Below, piece after piece: positions 49,861 to 60,313 of a stretch of DNA of 64,000 nucleotides. Within the stretch, counting starts at the first letter, position 1, and the number at the start of each line of letters is the position of its first letter. Source of the stretch: Bradymonadia bacterium (GTDB lineage Bacteria; Myxococcota_A; Bradymonadia; UBA7976; UBA1532); NCBI GenBank assembly GCA_046290225.1, contig JBKAGE010000071.1:108480-172479 (forward strand), read 5' to 3'. The position numbers were made by a program, and so were the translations under genes. The notes below the pieces were generated by a model, which did not search any database, had not been told where the DNA came from, and saw only the letters and a program-made list of their open reading frames with translations.

Positions 49861-50814
49861 TCACGATCCGATGGTGATGATGGACTTGCCCTGGGTATGA
49901 CCAGCGCACTGGTACGCCAGAGCCTGGGGGATCTCTGCCAGGGTGTATTGCTGATCGATGAGAGGCTGTATGGCGCCTGCATTGAGCATCTCCGCGAGGG
50001 TGGCGAGATCGTCAGCCTGAGGGCGAGCTGCGAACAGCTTTACATGTCGGCGGTGTCCCACCATGGACCAGAGGGTTTTGAAGAGCCACTCAGTACGGCC
50101 CACCGAGGAGACATAGACGCCATCGGGTCGCAAGAGCCGTCGACACGCGGTGATGGAAGCGCTGCCCACAAGATCGAAGATGACATCGTAGCGTGCATCA
50201 GAGGCGGTGAAGTCTTCGGTCATATAGTTCACCACGTGGTGGGCGCCGAGACTGCGGACACGGTCCAGGTTGCGGCCACTGCACACGCCCGTGACCTCGG
50301 CGCCGAGGGCCCGAGCCACCTGCACCGCGAAGGATCCTACGCCACCAGAGGCCCCGTTGATCAACACGCGATCCCCTGGGCTCACCTGGCCCACGTCTCG
50401 CAAGCCCTGTAGCGCCGTGACACCTGCCACCGGGATCGAGGCCGCGGTCTCGAAGCTCTGGCCTTCGGGGATAAGGGCGAAGGCGCTCTCTGAGGCGCAG
50501 GCATATTCAGCATAGGCACCTCTGATCTCCCCGAAGACGCGTTGACCCGTTGTGAAGCGGGTGACTTCACTGCCTACGGCGTCCACGACCCCCGCGGCGT
50601 CCATGCCCATGATGGGCTGCCGGGGTTTGAAGAGACCCAGGAACAGCCGCGAGAGCCACGGCCGCCCCGTGAGCGTGACCCAGTCCCCGAAGTTCACCGA
50701 CGAGGCCGCGAGCCGAATTCGAATCTCTCGTGGTCCGGGCTCGGGGCGGGCCATGGAGACCAGCTCGAGGGTCTCCGGGCCGCCGTACGTGGTGTGGGTG
50801 ATGGCCTGCATCAT
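49861..50814 (-). CDS. NAD(P)-dependent medium-chain (quinone oxidoreductase/alcohol dehydrogenase-like) oxidoreductase
   Basis: GMDAAGVVDAVG, GAYAEY, VLINGASGGVG, YDVIFDLVG. Confidence 0.92.
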   Translation of the reverse strand: MMQAITHTTYGGPETLELVSMARPEPGPREIRIRLAASSVNFGDWVTLTGRPWLSRLFLGLFKPRQPIMGMDAAGVVDAVGSEVTRFTTGQRVFGEIRGAYAEYACASESAFALIPEGQSFETAASIPVAGVTALQGLRDVGQVSPGDRVLINGASGGVGSFAVQVARALGAEVTGVCSGRNLDRVRSLGAHHVVNYMTEDFTASDARYDVIFDLVGSASITACRRLLRPDGVYVSSVGRTEWLFKTLWSMVGHRRHVKLFAARPQADDLATLAEMLNAGAIQPLIDQQYTLAEIPQALAYQCAGHTQGKSIITIGS

Positions 50815-50937
50815 CTGATCTCTCCTACGAACATGGGCCACTGAGTACATGGCCAGCGAAAGATGAGATCAGTGTGGCGGTGCAACTGCGTGCAGTCGAT
50901 GATCGATGTCTCGCACCGGATGTGCAAAAATGAACAG

Positions 50938-51792
50938 ATGGATTGGGATGATCTTCAATATGTGCTTGCCGTGCATCGCCAACACAGTCTGAGTGGTGCT
51001 GCGCAACAGCTCGGGGTGACCCACACCACGGTGGGGCGACGTCTCAAGGGACTTGAGGCGCACCTGGGTGTGCGGCTGTTCGATCGCACGCCCGACGGTT
51101 ACGTCACCACCATCGCCGGAGAGGAGATCGTCGCCGCTGCACAACAAATGGAAGAGGTGGCCCTCACCGCAGAGGGTCGGGTGCTCGGTCGAGACGTCAG
51201 GTTGCAGGGACCCCTGCGCGTCTCCACCATGGACACGTTGTTTCAGCAACACATCGAGGCCTTTGCTTCGTTTCGCACCCGGTACCCCCTCATCGAACTC
51301 ACGGTGTGCATCAGCGACGACGAGGTCTCGCTCACGCGTCGAGATGCCGATGTGGCCCTGCGCATGACCAACACCCCACCGCCCTACCTCGTGGGACGAC
51401 AGATCGGCCACCTCGACTTCGCCGTCTATGGCCTCGCTGCGTGGGTGGAAGAGCGAGGTGAAGAGGCAGGGTACGCCGCCTATCCATGGTTGCACTGGGA
51501 CGAACGGTCCAACACCCGCTGGCTCGATGGCTGGCTCGCCCGGCACGCACCGGGGGCAGAGATCGCCATGCGCGTCGGGTTTCCTTCTACGCTGATCCGT
51601 GTAGCGATTCTCGCTGGCATCGGGGTGCACTTTTTGCCCTGTGCAGAAGGGGACGCAGATTCGAGGCTGAGGCGTATCGGGCCAGTGGTCTCGGAGTTCA
51701 GGCGAGGGCTCTGGGTACTCACCCTCGCTGATCTGCGCAATACACCGAGGGTGCGGGCCTTCATGGATCACATGGCTGAGTCGGTGCGCTGA
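50938..51792 (+). CDS. LysR family transcriptional regulator, divergent from the oxidoreductase
   Basis: MDWDDLQYVLAV...LGVTHTTVGRRL...LFDR; RDADVALR. Confidence 0.93.
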   Translation: MDWDDLQYVLAVHRQHSLSGAAQQLGVTHTTVGRRLKGLEAHLGVRLFDRTPDGYVTTIAGEEIVAAAQQMEEVALTAEGRVLGRDVRLQGPLRVSTMDTLFQQHIEAFASFRTRYPLIELTVCISDDEVSLTRRDADVALRMTNTPPPYLVGRQIGHLDFAVYGLAAWVEERGEEAGYAAYPWLHWDERSNTRWLDGWLARHAPGAEIAMRVGFPSTLIRVAILAGIGVHFLPCAEGDADSRLRRIGPVVSEFRRGLWVLTLADLRNTPRVRAFMDHMAESVR

Positions 51793-51899
51793 GATGTATC
51801 ACTGCTCCACCGTTGCGCCGCTCACCTTTTTGGTGGCGCGGAGAAGGGCCAAATCTGCGATGCTCCCCAATGGCTGAGCGATGTGATGGGAGAAGGCCG

Positions 51900-53594
51900 A
51901 TGATGCGATCTCGATCGACGATTCTGAGCTGTATCGTCTCTGCCTCGATGTGCATGGCCTGTGGAGACGATTCATCGACCTCTGAGGCACCGCCTGCCAC
52001 CCAGCCGCCAGCCCGTGGCGAGTCCTCTGGCACCCCTGGTGGGACCGGCACTACGGGCATCCCCCTTGGTGCCGCGGCTCTTTTTACTCGAGCCAGCCTC
52101 GACATCCGTGGTGTGCGTCCCACCCTCGACGAGCTCGGCGAGCTCGATGATGATCCCACACGCCTTGCTGCTTTGCTCGACGGCCTCATGGATGATCCGC
52201 GGCTGATGGGCCGCGTGAAAGAGATGTTCGCCCCAGCGTTTCGCACCCGTGTCGATCTGTATCCTCACGCAGAACAGATCGAGGCTGGCCAGACCGACGA
52301 CGAGGCATCGGAAGAGGCCTCTGGTTTCAGCATCAGCGCCGCAATGGGCGAGGAGCCCCTCGATCTCATCGCCTGGATTCTACGAGAAGATCGACCCTTC
52401 ACTGATGTGGTGCTCGCGGAGCACACCGTGATCGATCCACGTCTCATCGGCCCCTGGCCCCTGCGCCAGGTGGATGGCTGGGCCCCAGAGGGCACCGTGC
52501 TCGCCGAATACACCGACGGGCGGCCCCCGGCGGGGGTGATCTCCATGAACGGCATGTGGTGGCGGCACCTCTCCACCGAAGAGAACGCCAATCGGGGTCG
52601 GGCCAACGCCCTGAGCTCGGCGCTGCTGTGCGAGAGCTACCTCGATCGGCCCATCGACTTCCCTCGGAACATCGATCTCACCGACAGCGAGTCGATCCGC
52701 ACCGCCATCAAGAGCAACGCCGCCTGCGCCGCCTGCCACGCCACCCTCGATCCGCTGGCGAGCCACCTCTGGGGCTTCATGTATCGGGGCGAGAGTGCCT
52801 CGAGCATGGCCCGGTACCTCGCTGCTCAAGAGCGCGACTGGCAGATCACCACCGAGGCGGCGCCAAGCTACTATGGCAAACCCACGAGCAGCATGCGGGA
52901 TCTCGCCATCGAGATCGCCCGGGATGAGCGCTTTGTGATGTGTGCTGTGAAGCGGATCTATGGCAGCCTCATCGGCAGGCCCCTCACCCTGCAGGACGAC
53001 GGCGCTCTGGCCACGCACCGCGAGGTCTTCCTGGCGTCGGGACTGAAGCTCAAGTCGTTGATCCGATCCATCCTCGATGATCCAGCCTACCGAGGCCTCT
53101 CCGCCCGGACCGAATTCGGCGGCCGACCCGAGGGGGTGACCTACACGCTGGTGACCCCGGAGATCCTCGCCAGCGATTTGGAAGATCTCACTGGCTACCG
53201 CATCCGCCGCGCCGGTGTGGATCTGCTCCGCCTCGACGGCAGCCTCCGGGCCGTCGCCGGGGGCAGCGACAGCGGCTCGGCGACGACGCCATCCACAGGT
53301 CTCGTACTGGTACAGCGTCGCCTCTCCGAAGCCGCTGCGGCGGCCATGGTGGACGGGGACACCGAGGGCCGTCTGAGTACGGTGCTGGAGGGCGCCTACG
53401 AGGACGAGCCCACAGCCGAAGCGGTCTCCATGGTGTTGCGCATGGCCACGGGCCGCGAGGCCAGCGTCGAGGGCCCCGAGGTGGCGGCCCTCATGGCGCT
53501 GTGGTCCGAGATCGACACGCTTACGACCTCTCGGGAAGCTTGGATTGGCATGCTCACGGCCATCCTCGCTGATCCCGAGCGGCTGGTTCGATGA
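51900..53594 (+). CDS. Lipoprotein of the DUF1549/DUF1585/DUF1588-type family with one CxxCH
   Basis: Signal peptide ending MAC, RASLDIRGVRPT, NRGRAN, CAACHATLDPLA. Confidence 0.75.
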   Translation: MMRSRSTILSCIVSASMCMACGDDSSTSEAPPATQPPARGESSGTPGGTGTTGIPLGAAALFTRASLDIRGVRPTLDELGELDDDPTRLAALLDGLMDDPRLMGRVKEMFAPAFRTRVDLYPHAEQIEAGQTDDEASEEASGFSISAAMGEEPLDLIAWILREDRPFTDVVLAEHTVIDPRLIGPWPLRQVDGWAPEGTVLAEYTDGRPPAGVISMNGMWWRHLSTEENANRGRANALSSALLCESYLDRPIDFPRNIDLTDSESIRTAIKSNAACAACHATLDPLASHLWGFMYRGESASSMARYLAAQERDWQITTEAAPSYYGKPTSSMRDLAIEIARDERFVMCAVKRIYGSLIGRPLTLQDDGALATHREVFLASGLKLKSLIRSILDDPAYRGLSARTEFGGRPEGVTYTLVTPEILASDLEDLTGYRIRRAGVDLLRLDGSLRAVAGGSDSGSATTPSTGLVLVQRRLSEAAAAAMVDGDTEGRLSTVLEGAYEDEPTAEAVSMVLRMATGREASVEGPEVAALMALWSEIDTLTTSREAWIGMLTAILADPERLVR

Positions 53595-54880
53595 GGAGGT
53601 TTTCGATGTTCAGTCAAATCTCGAGCATGTGCTTCAGCCGTCGTCACTTCCTCGCCTCCAGCGCTGCCGCGGTGACGGCGTTGAGCATGGGCGCTCTGAG
53701 TCGTCGGGCTCAGGCGCAGACCGTGGCCTCCGGGCGTCGGTTCCTCTTCGTCACCGCCGATGGTGGCTGGGATCCGCTGTGTGTGTTCGCCCCCATGTAC
53801 GATGCCACCTCCATCGACATGGAGGCCGAGAGCCAGCGCATGCAGATCGGCAACCTGTCGTTGGTGGATCACCCCGGCCGCCCGGCGGTGCGCCGGTTCT
53901 TCGAGCGATACGGATCACAGTCCCTCGTCTTCAACGGACTCTCGGTGCGCAGCGTCAACCACGAGACCTGTATGGCCGTGGCGCTCACAGGATCGACCTC
54001 CGACACCAGGCCTGACTGGGCCACCTTGCTCGCCGCCGACGCCCGCAGCACCTACGACTTGCCCCACGTGGTGTTCTCAGGGCCCGTGTTCACCGGGCCC
54101 CACAATGTTCTGGTGAGCCGGGCCCAGGGTGATCTGGCCCGCCTCATCGACGGTCGCCTGTATGCCGACTCCGAGCCTGCTGTGGAGCCTCTGAGCAGCC
54201 CCGCCGCCCGAATGGTGGATCGGTTTCTCGAGCGCCGATCACAGGGGCTGCTCGCCGGTGGAGCTGTGCCTGAGTCGGGCGCGCGTCAGCTGAGAGATCT
54301 CGCGGAGTCCAACGCCCGGGCCCGGCGTCTGAGCGACGCCCGCTACGAGATCAACCTGCAGTCGGGCTTCACCCCCGCCGCTCAGGCCCGCACCGCGGTG
54401 GACACCCTCGCCAAGGGGCTGTGCCGATGTGCCAGTGTAGCCACTGGTGGCTGGGACACACACGAGGACAACTCAGAACAAATCGGTCTGTTCGAGGGGC
54501 TCTTCAGCGGCCTCGAGGAGATCATGTCTCTGCTGGCCCGCACCATGGGTCCTGAGGGGCGCCCGCTTGCAGAGGACACCGTGGTGGTGGTGGTCTCGGA
54601 GATGTCTCGGACCCCGGCGTACAACGAGACCCGCGGGCGAGATCACTGGCCCTACACCACGGCGATGATCGTAGGCCCCGGCGTCACAGGAGATCGCATG
54701 GTGGGGCAGTACGACGATGGCTTCCTCGGCCTCGGGGTGGATCTGGCCACAGGCGAGCTGGATCGCAGCAAGGCAGGCATCGCCGCAGAAGATTTCGGCG
54801 CCACATTGCTGGCTCTGGGCGACGTAGATCCGCAGTCGGTACTGCCCCGAGCCCGACCCATCACTGGCGTGCTCAGATGA
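53591..54880 (+). CDS. DUF1501 family Tat-exported protein
   Basis: SRRHFL Tat motif, GGWDP, GWDTH, SEMSRTP, GRDHW. Confidence 0.88.
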   Translation: MRRFSMFSQISSMCFSRRHFLASSAAAVTALSMGALSRRAQAQTVASGRRFLFVTADGGWDPLCVFAPMYDATSIDMEAESQRMQIGNLSLVDHPGRPAVRRFFERYGSQSLVFNGLSVRSVNHETCMAVALTGSTSDTRPDWATLLAADARSTYDLPHVVFSGPVFTGPHNVLVSRAQGDLARLIDGRLYADSEPAVEPLSSPAARMVDRFLERRSQGLLAGGAVPESGARQLRDLAESNARARRLSDARYEINLQSGFTPAAQARTAVDTLAKGLCRCASVATGGWDTHEDNSEQIGLFEGLFSGLEEIMSLLARTMGPEGRPLAEDTVVVVVSEMSRTPAYNETRGRDHWPYTTAMIVGPGVTGDRMVGQYDDGFLGLGVDLATGELDRSKAGIAAEDFGATLLALGDVDPQSVLPRARPITGVLR

Positions 54881-55284
54881 GGTGGCTGGGCAGGGGGATG
54901 TGGCTGTGTCTCGCCCTCGTGGGCTGTGATGACGGTGGCGAGGATGATGCGGATGTCGTTGATGTTGATATGGGCGTCGAGGCTGAAGACGCTGCCATCA
55001 ATGGCGCTGATTTGGGGTTCTGCGACGAGGACCTGCCCGTTCAGAGCTGGGCAAACTTCGGTCAGGGTTTCGTGACCACTTACTGTGCGGGCTGTCACAG
55101 CGCCGAGAGCATCGATCGCAAGGGGGCACCCGCTGGCGTGGACTTCGACACTGAAGCGCAGGCGATGGCTTTTGCAGATCGCATCCTTGCCCGGACGACC
55201 GGGGAGATGCCTGACATGCCTCCAGCTGGGGGCCCACCGCCAGAGACTTTGGAGCGGGTGCGCATCTGGCTGGAATGCAACTGA
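54877..55284 (+). CDS. Monoheme c-type cytochrome lipoprotein
   Basis: LVGC lipobox, CAGCH, distal MPP; ATGA overlap. Confidence 0.85.
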   Translation: MRWLGRGMWLCLALVGCDDGGEDDADVVDVDMGVEAEDAAINGADLGFCDEDLPVQSWANFGQGFVTTYCAGCHSAESIDRKGAPAGVDFDTEAQAMAFADRILARTTGEMPDMPPAGGPPPETLERVRIWLECN

Positions 55285-55300
55285 GGGCCTGAGTGAATCG

Positions 55301-55332
55301 ATCATCTACAGTGCATCAGGACTGTAGATGAT
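55301..55332. terminator. Hairpin between convergent genes (probable bidirectional terminator)
   Basis: ATCATCTACAGT-N8-ACTGTAGATGAT, a perfect 12-bp stem with no strong U-tract. Confidence 0.55.
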
Positions 55333-55352
55333 GCCTCCAAAGTCTGATGTGC

Positions 55353-55892
55353 TCAGCCCAGAGCCTTCAAAGCTTCTATCAGGCCCTGACGCAGCTCCGG
55401 ATCAGTGATCTCACCAGCTTCTTTGTCGAAGTTCTTCCCGAAACTGGGCAACGCGAAGGTCGCTTTGACGTCACCGCCTGCAAAAGGTGCTCGAGCCATG
55501 GCGGCCTGAACCGCGCCCACGCCGCCGCGGCCGCCAGGGGAGGTCGACAAGAACACAGCAGGTGTACCCTGGTAGACCTTGCCTTCGATCCGGGAGCACC
55601 AATCGAACAGGTTCTTCCACGCCACGGTCATGTTGCCGTTGTGCTCGGCGAAGGAGATCAGCAGCGCATCGGCGGCGGCGATCTGGTCGAGGAACTTCTG
55701 GGCGAGGGGTGGCTGTCCCAGCTGTACTTCACGATCCTGAGTGAAGAGGGGCAACTCGTAGTCAGCGAGGTCGATGATCTCGACCTCGGCACCTTCGACG
55801 AGGCCCTCTTCGAGGAGCCGCGCGGCGTAGGTCACGAGCTGCTTGTTGATCGAGCCAGTGTGGATCGTGGCGGCGAAGGCGAGGATGCGCAT
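55353..55892 (-). CDS. NADPH-dependent FMN reductase
   Basis: GSINKQL, AEHNG, KNLFDW.SR, STSPGGRGG. Confidence 0.92.
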   Translation of the reverse strand: MRILAFAATIHTGSINKQLVTYAARLLEEGLVEGAEVEIIDLADYELPLFTQDREVQLGQPPLAQKFLDQIAAADALLISFAEHNGNMTVAWKNLFDWCSRIEGKVYQGTPAVFLSTSPGGRGGVGAVQAAMARAPFAGGDVKATFALPSFGKNFDKEAGEITDPELRQGLIEALKALG

Positions 55893-55981
55893 GAGAGCCC
55901 TGTCGTACTGTGTGAAGCGTCAAAAGAACGTCCGCACTATGAAGGGCAGATTCAAAGACATCAAGGGTCGGCCGCCAGCCG

Positions 55982-56311
55982 TCAGCCCTGTGGAAGCGAG
56001 GGCCATCGAGGTGCACTCATCTTCGAGCCGAGGACCCGAGCCGATACGATGGAGGGTGCTTCTGAGAGCAGGGTCTCGGCGTTGGCCATGAGCGCCTGAG
56101 CGATGGCCCCTTCGAGATGGCGTGTGCGATCCTCCACGGTGGCGAAGGCGTCGAAGACATAAAAGGTCACCTTGTCGACTCTGATGGCGAACCAGGCTGG
56201 CGTGAAGTCTTCGGCATTGGCCAAAGGCAGGGCGTCAGCGAGAAACTGAGCCACATCTTCGGCACGATCGGGCCTGGCGATGATTTTGACGAGCAAAGCG
56301 TGGTTCAACAT
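55982..56311 (-). CDS. Antibiotic biosynthesis monooxygenase (ABM/quinol monooxygenase-like)
   Basis: ALPLANAE..TPAWFA...FDAF....R..HLEG.IAQAL; GGAG RBS. Confidence 0.85.
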   Translation of the reverse strand: MLNHALLVKIIARPDRAEDVAQFLADALPLANAEDFTPAWFAIRVDKVTFYVFDAFATVEDRTRHLEGAIAQALMANAETLLSEAPSIVSARVLGSKMSAPRWPSLPQG

Positions 56312-56510
56312 GGACGTGTCTCCCAAAGTGATGTGAGTGAGCATCGTGCTCACGAGAGACACGCTACTGCTCTTGTCTTGAGGGCACGAGTGGGGGCTGC
56401 GACAACTTTGGTATGTTTTCCGTCAGCGGGCTGTCTGTTGTTGCTTTGACTGATTGTAGAGGGGAGGATGAGGGGTATCCTTTTCGTCGAAACGTTTGGA
56501 TCGGGGAATC

Positions 56511-57554
56511 ATGGCGTCAACCACGAGCAGCAAAAGCACCCTCTCCGAACTGGCTGCCCTCTATGTGGAGCGCACCGCGCACTTCACCCACCGATGGGTG
56601 AGCCATCGAGATCGCGAGCTGCACGACCTCCACGTCACGCTCATCGCCGCCGGGCAGACCATCGATCTCGTGCCGCACATTCAAGACCATGGTGTGGCCC
56701 TCAGCGCTCGGGCCTACGAGGTGGTCCTGGCACATCAGCGTGGTGATGCATCACCCACAGCTCGAGCAGATCTGGACGCGCGCGTAGCGCAGCTCAAAGT
56801 GCCTGCGTGGCAGCGCACGTACATCCATGGCCCGATGGCGGCGGCGTCATGGCATACCGGTGCCCATGATGCATTCGAGCGCCATCTGGCGTTGGCCAAG
56901 AAGGGCCTGCGGGGCGAAGACAACCCGTTTCAAAAGAAGAGCGTCTATGGGCGGGCGTTGATCCTCACGGGCAGAGCTGAGGAGATCCCAGCGCTCGTCA
57001 AGCGCGTTCACCCTGAGGATGCGCGTATCTGGCACCTCAAGCTGCTCTTCGATCTGGCTGATGCACAGGCCGATGACATCTTCGAGCGCGTGTACCAACA
57101 GTGGGTCGACGCCATCGATGGCACTGGGCAACGACAGCTCGAGATCCATCTGAGGGCCCGTGGGTCGAATGCGTTGGCCGATCGGGTGGGCATCGAGCTC
57201 ACTGACGGGCCACCCGTGTTCGAATACGCGTACCGATCGGACATCAGGTTCCACCCTGAGCCGCTGGACACGCTCGACCCCGCAACGTTGGACCGGGAAG
57301 ACCAGGTGGAGTGGCATGCCCGGATGGGTCACTGGCCAGAGGCCAGGGCGTTGCTCAAAGGCGTTCGGAAGAACGACCGTATCGGGCTGCTGCTGCGCAT
57401 CGTCGATGGGGCGTGTGTTCACGGCGCAATTGATGAGCTGCTCGATGTGCTCTCGAAGCTGCCGTGCGCAGACATGAACGACACTGGGGTGTACGCCATG
57501 CAACGGGCCTTGCGATGGCTCGCGGCACCCCATTACCGCATGTGGGGAGAATGA
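56511..57554 (+). CDS. Hypothetical alpha-helical protein
   Basis: Long ORF with GC-type codon usage; overlaps the start of the glxA-like gene (ATGA). Confidence 0.65.
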   Translation: MASTTSSKSTLSELAALYVERTAHFTHRWVSHRDRELHDLHVTLIAAGQTIDLVPHIQDHGVALSARAYEVVLAHQRGDASPTARADLDARVAQLKVPAWQRTYIHGPMAAASWHTGAHDAFERHLALAKKGLRGEDNPFQKKSVYGRALILTGRAEEIPALVKRVHPEDARIWHLKLLFDLADAQADDIFERVYQQWVDAIDGTGQRQLEIHLRARGSNALADRVGIELTDGPPVFEYAYRSDIRFHPEPLDTLDPATLDREDQVEWHARMGHWPEARALLKGVRKNDRIGLLLRIVDGACVHGAIDELLDVLSKLPCADMNDTGVYAMQRALRWLAAPHYRMWGE

Positions 57555-58513
57555 TGAGAGTGCACGTCCTTGCCCTCGAAGGCATGTTCGACACAGGGCT
57601 CTCGGGCATGCTCGACACCCTGGCCATGGCCAATGAGCTGGCCCAGCAGTCCGGCGTCCCTGGCGGGTTCGACGTCGAGCTGGTGGGGCTGCGGCGGCGG
57701 GTGCGCACCCAACAACGTTTCATGTTGCCGATCACCCACGTGAGCGAAGCTGCAGATCCCGACTGGGTCATCGTACCTGCCCTTGGTGAAAAGACACCAG
57801 CTGCCCTCACCGAGGCCTTACAACGGCGCGACGTCAAAGATGCGCAGAAGCAGCTGACCCTCTGGCACGAGGGTGGAGCGAAGCTGGCCGCGGTGTGCAC
57901 AGGGACCTATGTCATGGCCGCCGCGGGGCTGCTCGATGGCCAGCGAGCCACCACCTCGTGGTGGTTGGGCCCCGACTTTCGGTGCCGGTTCCCCGAGGTG
58001 AGCCTCGATGAGTCACAGATGGTGGTGGCTCAGTCTCAGTGCGCCACCGCCGGTGCCGCCCTCGCGCACATCGACCTGGCGCTGTGGCTCGTGCGTCAGT
58101 ACAGCCCCACCCTGGCGCAGATCACTTCGCGCTATTTGCTCTTCGACGGTCGACCCTCGCAGTCGAGCTATGTCATGCGAGACCACCTCGCCCACACAGA
58201 TCCGGTGATGGAGCGGTTCGAGGCCTGGGCCAGGGCGAACCTCGCCGAGTTCACCATGCCCGAGGCCGCTCGCCACGCCGGGGTGAGCGAGCGCACCCTC
58301 GAGCGCCGTGTGCGCAAGGCCCTGGGGCGCACCCCCATCAGCTATGTACGCGACCTGCGGGTGGAGCAGGCGATCTACTTGTTGGAGACCACCGACGAGG
58401 GCGTCGAAGAGATCGCCCTCGCCGTGGGCTATCAGGACGGCGTCACGCTGCGGACGCTTTTGAGAGAGAAGGCCGGGCTGGGCATCAAGGCGATCCGTAA
58501 TCGAGGGAGGTGA
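57551..58513 (+). CDS. GlxA family transcriptional regulator (DJ-1/PfpI + AraC HTH)
   Basis: AAVCTG...AGLLDGQRATTSWW; GVSERTLERR; IALAVGYQD. Confidence 0.93.
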   Translation: MMRVHVLALEGMFDTGLSGMLDTLAMANELAQQSGVPGGFDVELVGLRRRVRTQQRFMLPITHVSEAADPDWVIVPALGEKTPAALTEALQRRDVKDAQKQLTLWHEGGAKLAAVCTGTYVMAAAGLLDGQRATTSWWLGPDFRCRFPEVSLDESQMVVAQSQCATAGAALAHIDLALWLVRQYSPTLAQITSRYLLFDGRPSQSSYVMRDHLAHTDPVMERFEAWARANLAEFTMPEAARHAGVSERTLERRVRKALGRTPISYVRDLRVEQAIYLLETTDEGVEEIALAVGYQDGVTLRTLLREKAGLGIKAIRNRGR

Positions 58514-58516
58514 GCC

Positions 58517-60313
58517 GTGCTGATCATCAAGAACGGGCTGGTCTTCGACGGCTCTGGCGCCGAGGGCGTCGTCAAGCATCTGCGCATCGAAGATGGGGTG
58601 CTCGTCGAGATGAGTGAGCGGCCCCTCGACGAGGCGGCGGCCAGTCGGGTCATCGACGCCGAGGGCTGTTGGGTCACCCCGGGCTTTCTGGATACGCACA
58701 CCCACTACGATGCCGAGATCCTCGCGGGCCCCGGGCTCGACGAGTCGGTCCGCCACGGAGTCACTACGGTGTGCATCGGCTCGTGCTCGCTGAGCACCAT
58801 CTTGTCGAGCCCCGAGGACTGCGCCGACTTCTTCTCCCGGGTCGAAGCCTTGCCGCCAGACCAGGTGCTCTCGGCGCTCCAGCAGTTCAAGACCTGGTCG
58901 ACTCCGGAGGGCTACATCGAGGGCCTCGAGTCCCGGCCCCTCGGCCCCAACGTGGCGTGCTTCATCGGCCACTCGGACATGCGCGTGTCGGTCATGGGCC
59001 TCAGCCGAGCGGTCGATCCCGACGTGCGCCCCACCGACGACGAGATGGCTCAGATGGAGCACCTGCTGGAGCAGGCCCTCGACGCGGGCTATCTGGGCCT
59101 GAGCACCATGACCAACCCCTGGGACAAAGTGGGCGGCGAGCGCCATCGCTCAGCCCGCCTGCCCTCGACCTACGCCACGTGGGGGGAGTATCGGCGCCTG
59201 CACACGATCCTGCGCCGTCGTGAGCGCATTCTGCAGAGCGCCCCCAACATCACCACTCGCTGGAACGTCTTCGCCTTCTTCGCCGCCACGGCGGGCCTCT
59301 TCGTGCGCAAGGCCCTGAAGGTCACGCTGATCTCCGCCGCTGACATCAAGGCCTCGCCGTGGTTGAGTGACGCGCTGAGGGTCGGGGTCCGATGGCTCAA
59401 CCGGTTGTTGCGGGGCAACCTCAAGTGGCAGACCGTGCCCATGCCCTTCGAGGTCTACGCCGACGGCATGGATCTGGTGGTCTTCGAGGAGTTCGGCGCC
59501 GGCGAGGCGGCCCTGCATCTCGCCGACGCCCTGGAGCGCAACGCCCTGCTGCAAGACGAAGCGTACCGCCGTGGTTTCCGCAAAGATTACGAGAAGAAGT
59601 TCACGCCGAGGGTCTGGCACCGCGACTTCTACGACGCCACGGTGGTGAGCGCCCCCGACAACGCGCTGGTGGGCAAGAGCTTCGGACAGATCGGCGACGA
59701 GCGTCAGATTCACCCGGTGGACGCGTTCCTCGATCTGGTGGTGGCCTATGGCACCCGCCTGCGCTGGAAGACCACCATCGCCAACCACAGACCCGACAAG
59801 CTCGTGAAGCTGGCGAGCGACGCCAACGTGCATGTCAGCTTCGCTGACTCTGGGGCCCACGTGCGGAACATGGCGTTCTACAACTTCGCGCTCTACTACC
59901 TGCGCATGGTGAAGGACAGCCATACCGCGGGCAAGCCGGTGCTGCCACTGGGGCAGGCGGTGCGCAAGGTCACCGGAGAGCTGGCAGACTGGTATGGCCT
60001 CGACGCCGGGCATCTTCGGGTGGGCGGTCGGGCCGATGTGGTGGTGATCGATCCCGACGGGCTCGACGCCACCCTCGACGACTACCACGAGGCCCCGATG
60101 TACATGCTCGGTGGGTTGAGCCGCATGGTCCGCCGCAATGACGCCGCGGTACGCGCCACGGTCATCGCCGGTGAGGTGGTGTATTCACAGGGGAAGTTCG
60201 TAGATGGCTATGGGCGAGACCGGCGCTACGGTGGGTTCTTGAGGGTCGGGCAGACCTCGACGCCCGAAGGGGCGCCCGTTGGTCATGTCGAGCAGAATAT
60301 GATACCGCTCTGA
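58517..60313 (+). CDS. N-acyl-D-amino-acid deacylase family amidohydrolase
   Basis: IKNGLVFDGSG, PGFLDTHTHYD, ADSGAH, GRADVVVIDP. Confidence 0.9.
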   Translation: MLIIKNGLVFDGSGAEGVVKHLRIEDGVLVEMSERPLDEAAASRVIDAEGCWVTPGFLDTHTHYDAEILAGPGLDESVRHGVTTVCIGSCSLSTILSSPEDCADFFSRVEALPPDQVLSALQQFKTWSTPEGYIEGLESRPLGPNVACFIGHSDMRVSVMGLSRAVDPDVRPTDDEMAQMEHLLEQALDAGYLGLSTMTNPWDKVGGERHRSARLPSTYATWGEYRRLHTILRRRERILQSAPNITTRWNVFAFFAATAGLFVRKALKVTLISAADIKASPWLSDALRVGVRWLNRLLRGNLKWQTVPMPFEVYADGMDLVVFEEFGAGEAALHLADALERNALLQDEAYRRGFRKDYEKKFTPRVWHRDFYDATVVSAPDNALVGKSFGQIGDERQIHPVDAFLDLVVAYGTRLRWKTTIANHRPDKLVKLASDANVHVSFADSGAHVRNMAFYNFALYYLRMVKDSHTAGKPVLPLGQAVRKVTGELADWYGLDAGHLRVGGRADVVVIDPDGLDATLDDYHEAPMYMLGGLSRMVRRNDAAVRATVIAGEVVYSQGKFVDGYGRDRRYGGFLRVGQTSTPEGAPVGHVEQNMIPL

